Sequence record: SRR20825010_3076
Strand: one strand, 5' to 3'
Length of the DNA stretch: 62,781 bases
Shown: positions 20,501 to 30,240 of the stretch, in pieces
How the letters are laid out: each line of letters opens with the position of its first letter
How positions within the stretch are numbered: the stretch's first letter is position 1
The notes under the pieces: model-generated
Seen by the model: the letters and a program-made list of their open reading frames with translations, nothing else
Databases searched by the model: none
Told to the model about the DNA's origin: nothing
Translations under genes and position numbers: made by a program

Positions 20501-21306
20501 CACTGACAATTGAAGCCCTGTCGATGGATGGAGCTCGGACCCGGAACTACACCGAGCCCGGATTCCAGAAGCTGGTCAAGGAGGACGTGATTCGAACTTT
20601 TCCCGTCGAAGACAGCTCGGCAGTGAACCGTGAGAATGAGAGCATTGACGTCAGTACCAACGTATCCGCAGGGGAGCTGTTGGTGGCCGAGCCCGAGTCC
20701 GGTCTTCTGCAGTTAAACTATGCCGCTGGTGATACCGTTCGTTACCTGAAGGTCCCTGAAGCGAGGGTTGCCCCCCTTACGCCGCCACCTTCCCCACCCG
20801 GCCTTCCCGGCCCATCGAATCATCTTCTGACCTATGGTGTGACTGATATCACCGACGCTGATGGCGTCAGTGCCGACGATGCGCCGTATAAATTTTCACC
20901 GGCAGCGACTTTCGACATCCGTTTTGGCCGGTTGTCCATGGACAACGTGTATGGTCCTGAAAATGTGCAAGAGCTACGGATGCCTTTCAGGCTGGAATAC
21001 TGGAATGGCTCGCGGTACGTAACCAATACGGTCGATAACTGCACCAGCTGGACGACAGCCACCATTTTGAGCGCTGCCAATCACCACACACTCGTTTCGG
21101 ATTCGGGCACGTTTACCGCGGGTGAGGCCGGACCACTACGGCTTCAGGCGACCGGCTCCCAAGGTACAGATCGACTGACATGGACAGTTGACGAATGGCT
21201 CCGGGAGGATTCAGACGAGGATGGTAATGCCGAAGCGCCCTCAGCCCTGGCCACCTTCGGCGTCTACCGTGGCCACGACCGCGTTATCTATTGGCAGGAA
21301 AAATAG
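17533..21306 (+). CDS. mshQ: MshQ large tip adhesin with L-type lectin-like domain and DUF6701-like C-terminus
   Basis: Signal peptide; GADGLAVVLSD...GGWLGIGLDEFGNFSN lectin-like segment; GRFYPDRF, RFGRL and terminal ATFGVYRGHDRVIYWQE. Confidence 0.88.
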   Translation: MMSVLRELPRIVVIVLCSMIAPLAYAAQCSDVFSQPDGVNDNLQASGNTLDLTGVNWANGTWPPSGVPQLGGEEYVSSQPGPSYELVLQPGAQKVIFVNGNLTIDRGTRLNESGSPDQLLIVVRGSLSIAGGGNSANNRVVINGLIYAADSASIGNNVYIDGAVAAGGAISTGNRDVEFSDSDVNTDLLEGLCDSGAAGPVDLSANGESVGPVSIGVDDSVSFSADVAGCPPVPTLSTQDWRETWLVDGQQVAQSVSGSSSCSRSPLIRTDTFDTEGQYAVLLTVEYRNCFLGFFCGGWQEHGGDTITMDVSDDDALTCFTDDYLDGSLSADDWVTSVSRGNFTPSIVNGRLRMTEARSNQATAATIQREIPGAENLVIIEFDYYAYGGNGADGLAVVLSDARVTPQPGSYGGSLGYAQRSNGDPGFAGGWLGIGLDEFGNFSNSNEGRVGGAGFRRDAVAVRGAEQGGYRYLRGTGSVSPGIDQPGNNPSAHRYRVTVDSRVSGEALVSVERDVSGTGDNYQILVESFNALNEPGQPAVPENFLLSLTGSTGGSNNIHELDGFQLCALKLNPVGAQVDHFEILHDGVALTCQPETVTIRACATVGCNDDELFTDPVEATLEPTEGWQGGNPVTIVGGTGEFVLQNTVAGEVVLNVVGSQPSTRPQSVTLCRRGSSPLSSENCKLEFFESGLVFDIPDLTSHKPSGPVQVQAVRQDDASQACVPAFENTEREVHFWSTYVDPGPGGRPVDRPLSVNNTDISGDESAPTPLNLSFGDDGIAEIEVSYPDAGRLDLGARYDGSPANNDEGLSMPGSDAFVSTPAGFCVSSAGACAAGDSSCDVFVRADEPFDLSITAVGWQSDTDTDLCDANPVTPNFRMLTVPIASELVAPSGGVNGTVSPSSYSHSRSLDATETVSVKMSEVGVFRFTATPVTGGYLGKTVPKGTSEPTGRFYPDRFNVTIDEGALGAHCGAPTPFNYTGQDISWLLAPTLTIEALSMDGARTRNYTEPGFQKLVKEDVIRTFPVEDSSAVNRENESIDVSTNVSAGELLVAEPESGLLQLNYAAGDTVRYLKVPEARVAPLTPPPSPPGLPGPSNHLLTYGVTDITDADGVSADDAPYKFSPAATFDIRFGRLSMDNVYGPENVQELRMPFRLEYWNGSRYVTNTVDNCTSWTTATILSAANHHTLVSDSGTFTAGEAGPLRLQATGSQGTDRLTWTVDEWLREDSDEDGNAEAPSALATFGVYRGHDRVIYWQEK

Positions 21307-21317
21307 CGGGAAGGGGG

Positions 21318-22745
21318 TCAGTCCTCCTCCCCCTCCGGGTGATCCATCCCGAGTTCATTAATCTTGCGGGTCAAGGTATTCCGTCCCCAGCCTAGCAGGA
21401 TGGAGGCATCACGCCGGCGCCCGCCGGTGTGCTTCAATGCGGTCTCGATCATGATGCGCTCAAACTCCGGCACGGCGGTATCCAGAATGCCTTTGTGGCC
21501 GCGTTTGAGCTCCTGTTCCGACCAGTTGCGCAGGCCTTCCTGCCAGGTCTGGCCGGTGGCCGGCGCTTCGGCCTGCTGCATAAGCTCAGGCGGCAGGTCA
21601 TCGATGTGAACCTCGCGGCCACTGGCCATCACCGTCAGCCAGCGACAGGTGTTCTCAAGCTGGCGGACGTTACCGGGCCAGGGCAGGGTGGTGAGGTATT
21701 CCTCGGCTTCCGGGCGCAGTATTTTGGTTTCCACGGCCAGTTCCCGGGCAGCCCGCTTGAGGAAATGTTCCATTAACCGCGGGATGTCCTCGCGGCGCTC
21801 CGCCAGTTTTGGCAGGTGCACCCGGATAACATTCAGGCGATGGAACAAATCTTCCCGAAAGGTGCCCGCCTGGACGAGCTTTTCCAGGTCCTGGTGTGTC
21901 GCCGCGATGATGCGGACGTCCACTTTGATAGGCGTGGTGCCGCCCACCCGATAGAACTCCCCGTCCGCAAGCACCCGCAATAACCGTGTCTGGGTGTCGG
22001 CGGGCATGTCACCGATCTCGTCGAGGAACAGGGTGCCTCCGTTGGATTGCTCGAAGCGACCCTGCCTGGCGGCAGCCGCTCCGGTGAAGGCGCCTTTCTC
22101 ATGGCCAAACAGCTCGGACTCAATCAGGTCCTTTGGAATCGCGGCCATGTTGAGTGCGATAAAAGGGTGGCTGGCCCGGGGGCTGTGGTTGTGAAGGGCC
22201 TGGGCAACCAGTTCCTTACCGGTACCACTTTCGCCATTGATCAGTACGGTGATGTTGGAGTGGGACAATCGGCCGATGGCCCTGAACACCTCCTGCATCG
22301 CAGGCGCTTCACCAATGATTTCGGCATTTCTCTGTGCGCTTTCAGCTTGCGGCTCCGAGGTGGCCCGGCGTTCGTGGCTGTGAGCAACGGCCCGCTTTAC
22401 CAGTGCGACGGCATCATCCACGTCAAACGGTTTCGGAAGGTACTCGAAGGCGCCCGTCTGGTAGCTGGTCACCGCGCTTTCCAGGTCGGAATGGGCGGTC
22501 ATGATGATCACCGGCAGATCCGGGTGTGAGTCAACAATCTGTGAGAGCAAGGTGATGCCGTCGACGCCGGGCATACGGATGTCGCTGATGATGGCATCGG
22601 GCTGTTCGTGCTCCAGCCTCATCATGATGCTTTCGCCACTTTCAAACACCCGGGGCTGCATACCGGCCTGGTTCAGGGCGCGCTCCAGCACCCAACGTAT
22701 ACTGCGATCGTCGTCAATTATCCAGACGTTTGCCGGTTGGCTCAT
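21318..22745 (-). CDS. glnG: Nitrogen regulation response regulator NtrC
   Basis: Receiver domain, GESGTGKE, GAFTGA, Fis-type HTH LGWGRNTLTRK; start at 22745 overlaps the glnL stop (ATGA). Confidence 0.98.
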   Translation of the reverse strand: MSQPANVWIIDDDRSIRWVLERALNQAGMQPRVFESGESIMMRLEHEQPDAIISDIRMPGVDGITLLSQIVDSHPDLPVIIMTAHSDLESAVTSYQTGAFEYLPKPFDVDDAVALVKRAVAHSHERRATSEPQAESAQRNAEIIGEAPAMQEVFRAIGRLSHSNITVLINGESGTGKELVAQALHNHSPRASHPFIALNMAAIPKDLIESELFGHEKGAFTGAAAARQGRFEQSNGGTLFLDEIGDMPADTQTRLLRVLADGEFYRVGGTTPIKVDVRIIAATHQDLEKLVQAGTFREDLFHRLNVIRVHLPKLAERREDIPRLMEHFLKRAARELAVETKILRPEAEEYLTTLPWPGNVRQLENTCRWLTVMASGREVHIDDLPPELMQQAEAPATGQTWQEGLRNWSEQELKRGHKGILDTAVPEFERIMIETALKHTGGRRRDASILLGWGRNTLTRKINELGMDHPEGEED

Positions 22746-23824
22746 TGGTTTTCCTCCAGGGGCAGGAAGATGATGAAGTCGGTTTTTCCGGGCTCGCTCT
22801 CGCATTCAACAAGCCCGTGATGTTGCCCGATGATGCTTTGGGTGATGGACAGGCCAAGGCCCGTGCCGCTGGCTCGCCCACTGATCATCGGGTAGAAAAC
22901 GTTTTGCAACAGATCCGGTGGTATGCCCGGGCCGTTATCAATCACATCCACGCGGCACACCAGGCGATGGCGTTTGTGGCCGATGGTGAACTGTCGCAAT
23001 GCGCGTGTGCGGAAGGTGATCGTCGGCTGTTCGTCGCCGGTCATCTCCGCCTGGTTCTCGAACGCGGCTTCCATGGCGTTGCGGGCGATGTTAAGGAAAG
23101 CCTGAATCAGCTGTTCCTTGTCGCCCTGGAACTCGGGGAGGCTGGGATCGTAATCTCTCCGGAAGTTCAAGCGGCCGCGGCTCTCAGCTTCCAAAAGGGT
23201 TTTGACGCGCTCCAGAACCTCATGAATATTGGTGGACGCCATTTTTGGGGCTTTGTTCGGGCCGAGCATGCGGTCCACCAGGGTTCGCAGGCGGTCCGCT
23301 TCTGCAATGATCACCTGGGTGTATTCTTTCTGGTCTTCGTTGTGCAGTTCGCGGTCCAGCAACTGGGCGGCCCCGCGAATACCTCCAAGAGGGTTTTTGA
23401 TTTCATGGGCCATGCCCCGGACCAGTATCCGGGTGGTTTCCTGCTGGGAGATGATGTCTTCTTCCCGGCTGATCCGTAGCAAGCGGTCCCTGGGCTGGAT
23501 TTCGATCAACAGTTCCGTTGGCTCAAGGCTTATGGGGGACACGGAATAATCAACCGTTAGCCGCAATCCGCTTGTCAGTATGAACTCCGCTTCGCGTCTG
23601 GTGTACGACTGGCCATTCTCGGCTGCCGCATACAGTGTTTGTAGGGCATCTTCAGAGTCGATCAGGATGTCGTTGATCGGGGCTCCCTTACTTCTGGTTA
23701 CGCTGGTTTCGAACAGACTTTCGGCCGCCGGATTCAGGTACTGGACCCGCAACCCGTCACTCAGCACCAGTACGGCTGTGGTCAGGCTGTCCAGTATGCT
23801 TTTGTATCCGGCCGGTATTGCCAT
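22742..23824 (-). CDS. glnL: Nitrogen regulation sensor kinase NtrB
   Basis: PAS domain, AHEIKNPLGGIRGAAQLL, DYDPSLP, DNGPGIP, GTGLGL. Confidence 0.98.
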   Translation of the reverse strand: MAIPAGYKSILDSLTTAVLVLSDGLRVQYLNPAAESLFETSVTRSKGAPINDILIDSEDALQTLYAAAENGQSYTRREAEFILTSGLRLTVDYSVSPISLEPTELLIEIQPRDRLLRISREEDIISQQETTRILVRGMAHEIKNPLGGIRGAAQLLDRELHNEDQKEYTQVIIAEADRLRTLVDRMLGPNKAPKMASTNIHEVLERVKTLLEAESRGRLNFRRDYDPSLPEFQGDKEQLIQAFLNIARNAMEAAFENQAEMTGDEQPTITFRTRALRQFTIGHKRHRLVCRVDVIDNGPGIPPDLLQNVFYPMISGRASGTGLGLSITQSIIGQHHGLVECESEPGKTDFIIFLPLEENQ

Positions 23825-23869
23825 TCGTTTGTCCCTTTTGATGGGCCTTGCGGGTTGCTAAGGCAGTTT

Positions 23870-23885
23870 TGCAAAAAACGAACCA
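23870..23885 (-). promoter_or_regulatory. sigma54 -24/-12 promoter for glnLG
   Basis: Reverse strand TGGTTCGTTTTTTGCA (GG-N10-GC), about 45 bp upstream of glnL. Confidence 0.75.
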
Positions 23886-24025
23886 CATTGGCTGTTCGTG
23901 GCTATGACAGTGCGCATTTAGCGGGCATGCGGGTTACAGGCCTGTGAACACGGCGTGGTGTAGTGCAGAAATATCATTGCGTAAAGCCTGCCCGCGGATA
24001 TCCGCCCTGGGAATGGTCAGAGTAT

Positions 24026-24061
24026 GGCTTTTTTATGGTGCGATCGCACTAAAATGGTGCA
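24026..24061. promoter_or_regulatory. Tandem NtrC-binding boxes upstream of glnL
   Basis: CGCACTAAAATGGTGCA (24045-24061) and GGCTTTTTTATGGTGCG (24026-24042) versus consensus TGCACC-N5-GGTGCA. Confidence 0.8.
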
Positions 24062-24152
24062 ATCAAGAATGGCGTGGTGGTTCGCTAACCGCTACAGGTC
24101 TGCGTTTGTATGGCGCCCCGGCTCGAACCGGTCGGGGCCCCGGAAGGGTGCA

Positions 24153-24683
24153 TCAGTTGTTGACGCTGGGCCGGTGGATGGTGAAGGTAATGGTTTCGCC
24201 GCTCTTGACGGTAACACCGTTGCTGTCGACGATATTGACGCCTGCATCGTGGGTGCCGCGAAACACATTGCGCACCATCACTGTCCCGGAAGCGCTCTGG
24301 CCAACCGGTTGGCCGTCGAGTGTCACTTCGTACTTGTGGCTGCCCCGAAGGCCAGGTGAACTGGTCACGCGGAATTCCACGTCGCCGCTGCCACTGTGGA
24401 AGGCCTGGTCATCGCCCGGCGCGAGGAAACGGACGCTGTCGTAGACGGAGCCTTCCTGTTGCACTTTTTCCCGCAACCGCTCTGGCTCACGAACCGCTTC
24501 GAGTTTTGGCAGGGTGACCGTGGTGACCGGTTTCACTTTGATCTCCTCAGCAGGCGTGCCTTCCGAGGGTTCGTCGGTATAGGTAACGTTGCCCTGAGCA
24601 TCCACCTGGCGATAGACCTCGGCGGAAACCGGAAACGCCGCGAGAGCGACAATGCCTGAGAGTAGTGCGAACCGTGCATTCAT
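24153..24683 (-). CDS. DUF4124-family exported protein
   Basis: Signal peptide then VYRQVDAQGNVTYTDEP; Ig-like C-terminal part ending IHRPS. Confidence 0.85.
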   Translation of the reverse strand: MNARFALLSGIVALAAFPVSAEVYRQVDAQGNVTYTDEPSEGTPAEEIKVKPVTTVTLPKLEAVREPERLREKVQQEGSVYDSVRFLAPGDDQAFHSGSGDVEFRVTSSPGLRGSHKYEVTLDGQPVGQSASGTVMVRNVFRGTHDAGVNIVDSNGVTVKSGETITFTIHRPSVNN

Positions 24684-24803
24684 AGAGACAACCTGTTTGA
24701 TTGTTTTATCCGATTATCAGCGCCAGTCATGAGTATTTCAACGCCATTACCCGGTAGCTTGGTTACATTCCGTTAAGGCTGGCCGAAATGTGCGGTCGTA
24801 CAC

Positions 24804-24833
24804 GAAAAAGCCCCGCACGAGGCGGGGCTTTTC
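24804..24833 (-). terminator. Intrinsic terminator after glnA
   Basis: GAAAAAGCCCCGC-ACGAG-GCGGGGCTTTTC hairpin with a T-tract on the minus strand. Confidence 0.9.
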
Positions 24834-24858
24834 TGGGTTGCTGATCCTTACGAACGGA

Positions 24859-26262
24859 TTAGCAGGAGTAGTAGAGCTGGAACTCGACCGGATGTGTGGT
24901 CATGTTCAGTTTCTCAACTTCACCGCGCTTCAGATCGATGTAGCCGGCAATCATGTCCTCGGTGAACACGCCGCCGCGGGTCAGGAATTCATGATCTTCA
25001 GCCAGGCAATCCAGAGCTTCGGACAGGGTTTCAGCAACCTTCGGAATGTTCAGCGCTTCTTCCTTCGGCAGGTCGTACAGATCCTTGTCCATGGCATCGC
25101 CCGGGTGGATCTTGTTCTGGATACCATCCAGGCCGGCCATCATCAATGCAGCGAACGCCAGGTACGGGTTGGCCGCCGGGTCAGGGAAACGCACTTCGAT
25201 ACGACGTGCTTTCGGGCTGTTCACGTATGGAATACGGATGGAGGCCGAACGGTTACGGGCGGAGTAGGCCAGCATAACCGGTGCTTCGTAGCCCGGAACC
25301 AGACGCTTGTAGCTATTGGTTGCAGGGTTGGTAAAGGCGTTGATGGCCTTGGCGTGCTTGACGACACCACCGATATAGTAAAGCGCTGCTTCGCTCAGGC
25401 CGGCATAGCTGTCACCTGCGAACAGGTTCTTGCCGTCTTTGCTCAGGGACATGTGTACGTGCATGCCGGAGCCGTTATCACCAACCACAGGCTTGGGCAT
25501 GAAGGTTGCGGTTTTACCGTAGGCGTGGGCCACGTTGTGTACGCAGTACTTGAGAATCTGCACTTCGTCAGCCTTGCGGGTCAGGGTGTTGGCGCCAACG
25601 CCGATTTCACACTGGCCAGCGGTGCCGACTTCGTGGTGATGAACCTCAATTTCCAGGCCCATGGATTCCATAGCGGCACACATGGCGCCACGCAGGTCGT
25701 GCAGGCTATCCACTGGCGGAACCGGGAAGTAACCACCTTTAACACCCGGGCGGTGACCGATGTTGTTGCGATCGAAGTCTTCGCCGGATACCCAGGCGGC
25801 TTCTTCAGAGTGGATGTGGTAGGAAGCGCCCTGCATATCCACATTCCATTTAACAGAATCGAAAACAAAGAACTCAGGTTCCGGACCAAACAGGGCACCG
25901 TCAGCGATGCCCGTGGACTTGAGGTACTCTTCCGCACGGCGGGCAACGGAGCGTGGGTCACGCTCATAGCCCTGCATGGTGGAAGGCTCTACGATGTCAC
26001 AGGTAATGTTCAGTGTGGTTTCTTCGGTGAACGGGTCCAGCACGGAGGTGCTGTCGTCCGGCATCAGAATCATGTCGGATTCATTGATGCCTTTCCAGCC
26101 GGAGATTGAAGAGCCGTCGAACATCTTGCCGTCGCTGAAAAAGTCCTCGTCCACCTCGGTGGCCGGCAGCGTTACGTGTTGTTCTTTGCCACGGCTGTCA
26201 GTGAATCTCAGGTCGATCCATTTGACTTCGTGTTCCTTGATCAGATCAATCGTCTTGGACAT
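24859..26262 (-). CDS. glnA: Glutamine synthetase type I
   Basis: [39 protein letters not shown], adenylylation site DKDLYDLP. Confidence 0.99.
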   Translation of the reverse strand: MSKTIDLIKEHEVKWIDLRFTDSRGKEQHVTLPATEVDEDFFSDGKMFDGSSISGWKGINESDMILMPDDSTSVLDPFTEETTLNITCDIVEPSTMQGYERDPRSVARRAEEYLKSTGIADGALFGPEPEFFVFDSVKWNVDMQGASYHIHSEEAAWVSGEDFDRNNIGHRPGVKGGYFPVPPVDSLHDLRGAMCAAMESMGLEIEVHHHEVGTAGQCEIGVGANTLTRKADEVQILKYCVHNVAHAYGKTATFMPKPVVGDNGSGMHVHMSLSKDGKNLFAGDSYAGLSEAALYYIGGVVKHAKAINAFTNPATNSYKRLVPGYEAPVMLAYSARNRSASIRIPYVNSPKARRIEVRFPDPAANPYLAFAALMMAGLDGIQNKIHPGDAMDKDLYDLPKEEALNIPKVAETLSEALDCLAEDHEFLTRGGVFTEDMIAGYIDLKRGEVEKLNMTTHPVEFQLYYSC

Positions 26263-26417
26263 TGTGCATGCTCCGTCTGTTATCCCGCCGTGCGGGCGAT
26301 TTCTGTGTACATTGTTGCCGGATCGTTCAGCAGTGCTGACTCCCGATCTTTCTTTCAGGTAGGGCAGCTTAACAAAAGCTGTTGCGAGTTACCTGCAAAT
26401 TCGGCTGCTTAAGGTTT

Positions 26418-26433
26418 AGCAATAGCCTTGCCA
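26418..26433 (-). promoter_or_regulatory. sigma54 -24/-12 promoter for glnA
   Basis: Reverse strand TGGCAAGGCTATTGCT, near-consensus. Confidence 0.9.
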
Positions 26434-26517
26434 GTTTTTGATGCATGCGCCACAAGTGCGCAATACCAAGGCGTTCGGGCTGTTTTGGAGCGATATGTGC
26501 TGATTGGGTGGCCCTAT

Positions 26518-26577
26518 CGCTCTTTCGTGGTGCGTTAAAACGGTGCGATAGCTGAAATAATGCACCAAAATGATGCG
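26518..26577. promoter_or_regulatory. NtrC enhancer boxes upstream of glnA
   Basis: TGCACCAAAATGATGCG (26561-26577), TGCGTTAAAACGGTGCG (26531-26547) and weaker CGCTCTTTCGTGGTGCG (26518-26534). Confidence 0.8.
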
Positions 26578-26820
26578 GGCGGGTTGTTGCTTCGATAAGC
26601 GTTTTTCTTCATATAAACGCAAGTGAGTTTGCTATATACTGCGCGCCACTTCATTTTTGCCTCAGGTATTCAGCACAGACGCTGAGTTTCTTCAGGGGGT
26701 ATTCGGGCTTCCCGGCCCGACAAATGAAATTCATTTTACGGATTTGAGACGGCATGTAAGGGGCTTTGCGCCTACTGAAGACCTCTCAGGTCATTCAGTG
26801 CATGCTGCAGGATTATAGTT

Positions 26821-28632
26821 GTGATTGATAAACTTCGTAATATCGCCATCATCGCCCACGTTGACCATGGCAAGACCACACTGGTTGACCAGCTTCTTCG
26901 CCAGTCCGGCACTCTGGATCGCAAAGAGCTCGAAAACGAGCGTGTCATGGACTCCAATGACCAGGAAAAAGAACGTGGTATTACCATTCTGGCCAAGAAC
27001 ACGGCGCTGAAGTGGCACGACTACGACATCAATATCGTGGACACCCCGGGTCACGCCGATTTCGGGGGTGAAGTCGAGCGTGTCATGAGTATGGTCGATT
27101 GCGTGTTGCTCGTGGTTGACTCTATTGATGGCCCGATGCCACAAACCCGGTTTGTCACCCAGAAAGCGTTTGATGCGGGCCTGCACCCGATTGTCGTCGT
27201 GAACAAGATTGACCGCCCTGGAGCTCGCCCGGACTGGGTAGTGGATCAGGTATTCGACTTGTTCGACAACCTTGGCGCCAGCGATGAGCAACTGGACTTT
27301 CCGATTGTCTACGCCAGTGCCCTGAACGGCATTGCCGGAATGGATCACGAAAAGCTGGACGACAACATGGACGCGGTTTTCCAGGCCATCGTTGATCACG
27401 TACCTGCACCCAACGTCGACCGGGATGGTCCGTTCCAGATGCAGATTTCCCAGCTGGACTACAACAGCTTCCTGGGCGTTATTGGCATCGGCCGCATTAT
27501 GCGCGGCAAAATTAAAACCAACTCTCCGGTTACGGCCATTGGTGCCAACGGCAAAAAGCGCCAGGGCCGTATTCTCAAGATCATGGGCCATTCCGGGCTG
27601 CAGCGTGTTGAAGTCGACGAAGCGCAGGCGGGCGACATTATTTGCGTCAGCGGCATGGATGAGCTGTACATCTCTGACACCTTGTGTGACCAGGCCAATG
27701 TTGAAGCCTTGCCGCCGTTGACGGTGGATGAGCCGACGGTTTCCATGACGTTCCAGGTCAACGACTCACCGTTTTGTGGCAAGGAAGGTAAGTTTGTCAC
27801 CAGCCGCAACATCAAAGAGCGTTTGGAAAAAGAGCTGCTGCACAACGTTGCTCTGCGAGTTGAAGAAGGTGAGTCGGCAGATAAGTTCAAGGTATCCGGC
27901 CGTGGCGAACTGCACCTCTCAGTGTTGATCGAAAACATGCGCCGCGAGAACTTTGAGCTCGCCGTGGGTCGTCCGGAAGTGGTTATCCGTGAGATCGATG
28001 GTGTTAAACAGGAGCCGTACGAAAACGTCATCATCGACATCGAAGAGCAGCACCAGGGTGCGCTTATGGATCAGATGGGGCTCCGCAAGGGTGAAATGAC
28101 CAACATGGTGCCGGACGGAAAGGGCCGTATGCGTCTTGAGTATACGATTCCGGCGCGCGGGCTGATCGGTTTCCGTAACGCCTTCCTGACCATGACCTCC
28201 GGTTCGGGTATTCTGACTTCAACCTTCAGCCATTACGGCCCTATTAAGAGCGGTGATGTGACCAGTCGTCAGAACGGTGTGCTGGTGTCAATGGCAACTG
28301 GTGCCGCGCTGACTTATTCGCTGGAAACACTGCAGAGCCGGGGCAAGTTGTTCCTGGATCCCGGCCAGGAAGTGTACGAAGGTCAGTTGTGTGGTATTCA
28401 CAGTCGTGACAACGATCTGGTGATTAACCCCACCAAGGGGAAGAAGCTGGACAATATGCGTGCGTCCGGCAAGGACGAGGTCATCGGCCTGGTGCCGCCG
28501 ATCAAGCATACCCTTGAGCAGGCTCTGGAGTTCATCGATGAAGATGAATTGGTGGAAGTGACGCCCAAGTCGATCCGCCTGCGCAAGAAGCTTCTGACCG
28601 AGAATGAGCGTAAGCGCGCTCATAAGAAGTAA
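26821..28632 (+). CDS. typA: Translational GTPase TypA/BipA
   Basis: [58 protein letters not shown]. Confidence 0.99.
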   Translation: MIDKLRNIAIIAHVDHGKTTLVDQLLRQSGTLDRKELENERVMDSNDQEKERGITILAKNTALKWHDYDINIVDTPGHADFGGEVERVMSMVDCVLLVVDSIDGPMPQTRFVTQKAFDAGLHPIVVVNKIDRPGARPDWVVDQVFDLFDNLGASDEQLDFPIVYASALNGIAGMDHEKLDDNMDAVFQAIVDHVPAPNVDRDGPFQMQISQLDYNSFLGVIGIGRIMRGKIKTNSPVTAIGANGKKRQGRILKIMGHSGLQRVEVDEAQAGDIICVSGMDELYISDTLCDQANVEALPPLTVDEPTVSMTFQVNDSPFCGKEGKFVTSRNIKERLEKELLHNVALRVEEGESADKFKVSGRGELHLSVLIENMRRENFELAVGRPEVVIREIDGVKQEPYENVIIDIEEQHQGALMDQMGLRKGEMTNMVPDGKGRMRLEYTIPARGLIGFRNAFLTMTSGSGILTSTFSHYGPIKSGDVTSRQNGVLVSMATGAALTYSLETLQSRGKLFLDPGQEVYEGQLCGIHSRDNDLVINPTKGKKLDNMRASGKDEVIGLVPPIKHTLEQALEFIDEDELVEVTPKSIRLRKKLLTENERKRAHKK

Positions 28633-28650
28633 TCTTCAGTACGTGATATT

Positions 28651-28683
28651 AAGGGGCGGTGCCAATGTGGCCCGCCCCTTTTT
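28651..28683 (+). terminator. Intrinsic terminator after typA
   Basis: AAGGGGCGG(T)GCCA-ATG-TGGCCCGCCCCTTTTT. Confidence 0.8.
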
Positions 28684-28731
28684 CGTTGTCTTCAGCTAAA
28701 CTCCGGTTAAATCCTTTGTCCGGAGCGCCTC

Positions 28732-29694
28732 ATGCTCACCCTGTTCCCTGATATCAAGCCCAACGCCCAGCATCGCATTGCGGTTGATCCGCCCCATGAA
28801 CTGTATGTTGAAGAAAGCGGCAATCCGAATGGTATTCCCGTTCTGGTTGTCCATGGCGGGCCCGGCGGCGGATGTGAGGACTATCACCGCCGTTTTTTCG
28901 ACGCCGAGCGCTACCGGGTTATTCTTATGGATCAGCGGGGCGCCGGCCGTTCGAGCCCGCTGGCCGAGTTTTCAGGAAACACCACGCAAAAACTGGTGGA
29001 TGATATGGAAACGGTGCGGGCCTTTCTTGGGGTAGACCGATGGATACTGTTTGGCGGTAGTTGGGGATCTACATTGAGCCTGGTGTATGCCCAGTCGCAC
29101 CCGGACAGGGTGCTTGGCCTGGTGCTGAGGGGGATTTTTCTTTGCCGGCCCAGGGATATCCACTGGTTCTACCAGGAAGGTGCGAGCCGCGTGTTCCCTG
29201 ATTACTGGCGCGATTTCCTGGCACCCATTCCTGAGGATGAACGTGGCGATCTCGTGACGGCCTACTACCGTCGCCTGACGAGCAGCAACGAACTGGAGCA
29301 GATACAGGCCGCCAAGGCGTGGTCCATCTGGGAGGGGCGGTGTGCAACCCTGCATCCGAACCCTCGTGTGGTTGAGCACTTCGGGCACCCCCATGTGGCT
29401 ATTGCCCTGGCACGAATTGAATGCCATTACTTCATGAATAATGCGTTTCTGGACGATAATCAGATCGTACGTGACGCGGCGTTACTCAAAGATATTCCAG
29501 GCATCATTGTCCATGGCCGTTACGACATGGTGTGCCCGCTGGACAATGCTCTGGCTTTGAGCCAGGCCTGGCCAGAAGCCGACTTGAGGATCATACGGGA
29601 CGCAGGACACTCAGCGTCCGAGCCCGCCATCATTGATGCCCTGATGCGTGGGGTCGATGAGGTCGCCGCGAAGCTTGAAGGTAGGGATACGTAA
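28732..29694 (+). CDS. pip: Proline iminopeptidase
   Basis: HGGPGGG, DQRGAGRS, GGSWGS nucleophile, GRYDMVCP, AGHS. Confidence 0.95.
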   Translation: MLTLFPDIKPNAQHRIAVDPPHELYVEESGNPNGIPVLVVHGGPGGGCEDYHRRFFDAERYRVILMDQRGAGRSSPLAEFSGNTTQKLVDDMETVRAFLGVDRWILFGGSWGSTLSLVYAQSHPDRVLGLVLRGIFLCRPRDIHWFYQEGASRVFPDYWRDFLAPIPEDERGDLVTAYYRRLTSSNELEQIQAAKAWSIWEGRCATLHPNPRVVEHFGHPHVAIALARIECHYFMNNAFLDDNQIVRDAALLKDIPGIIVHGRYDMVCPLDNALALSQAWPEADLRIIRDAGHSASEPAIIDALMRGVDEVAAKLEGRDT

Positions 29695-29775
29695 AGTCAC
29701 ATGAAGAAGGTTGCGGCGAGCCTGGTGCGTGGATAAACTTCGTTCCGAATTTTGAGTCCTTGTGCAGGGAGCTTG

Positions 29776-30240
29776 ATGAAAGGGCTGATACAGCGGGTTA
29801 CCCACGCCAGCGTCACCGTCGACAATGAGGTCATCTCCGAGATTGGTTCGGGGCTGTTGTTGTTGCTCGGAGTTGAGAAGTCAGACGACTCCAGCACGGT
29901 GCGGGAACTGTGTCGAAAACTACTCGCCTACCGGGTATTTCCCGACGACCAGGGACGGATGAATCGCAGCCTGCTCGATATGGGCGGCTCCCTCCTCGTT
30001 GTTCCCCAGTTTACGCTTGCTGCTGATACCCGGTCCGGGTCTCGCCCGGGATTTTCGGTGGCTGCGCGTCCGGAATCCGCCGAAGCCCTGTTTCATGAAT
30101 TCGTGGCGTCGTGTGAGTCGCGGTTGGGCGCAGATCGGGTTGGGCAGGGGCAGTTCGGTGCGGACATGAAGGTGGCCTTGGTAAACGATGGGCCGGTCAC
30201 GTTTCTTCTGGAGGTGTCGGGTGTGCCAGGGCGGGGTTGA
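29776..30240 (+). CDS. dtd: D-aminoacyl-tRNA deacylase
   Basis: MKGLIQRV, PQFTL, FGADMKVALVNDGPVTF. Confidence 0.96.
   Translation: MKGLIQRVTHASVTVDNEVISEIGSGLLLLLGVEKSDDSSTVRELCRKLLAYRVFPDDQGRMNRSLLDMGGSLLVVPQFTLAADTRSGSRPGFSVAARPESAEALFHEFVASCESRLGADRVGQGQFGADMKVALVNDGPVTFLLEVSGVPGRG

Noticed and set aside
24790-26109. 439-aa ORF antisense to glnA (and similar shadow ORFs opposite uvrA, typA, mshE, lpxL and the porin)
   Set aside because: Explained by codon bias of the real genes on the opposite strand; no recognisable motifs.
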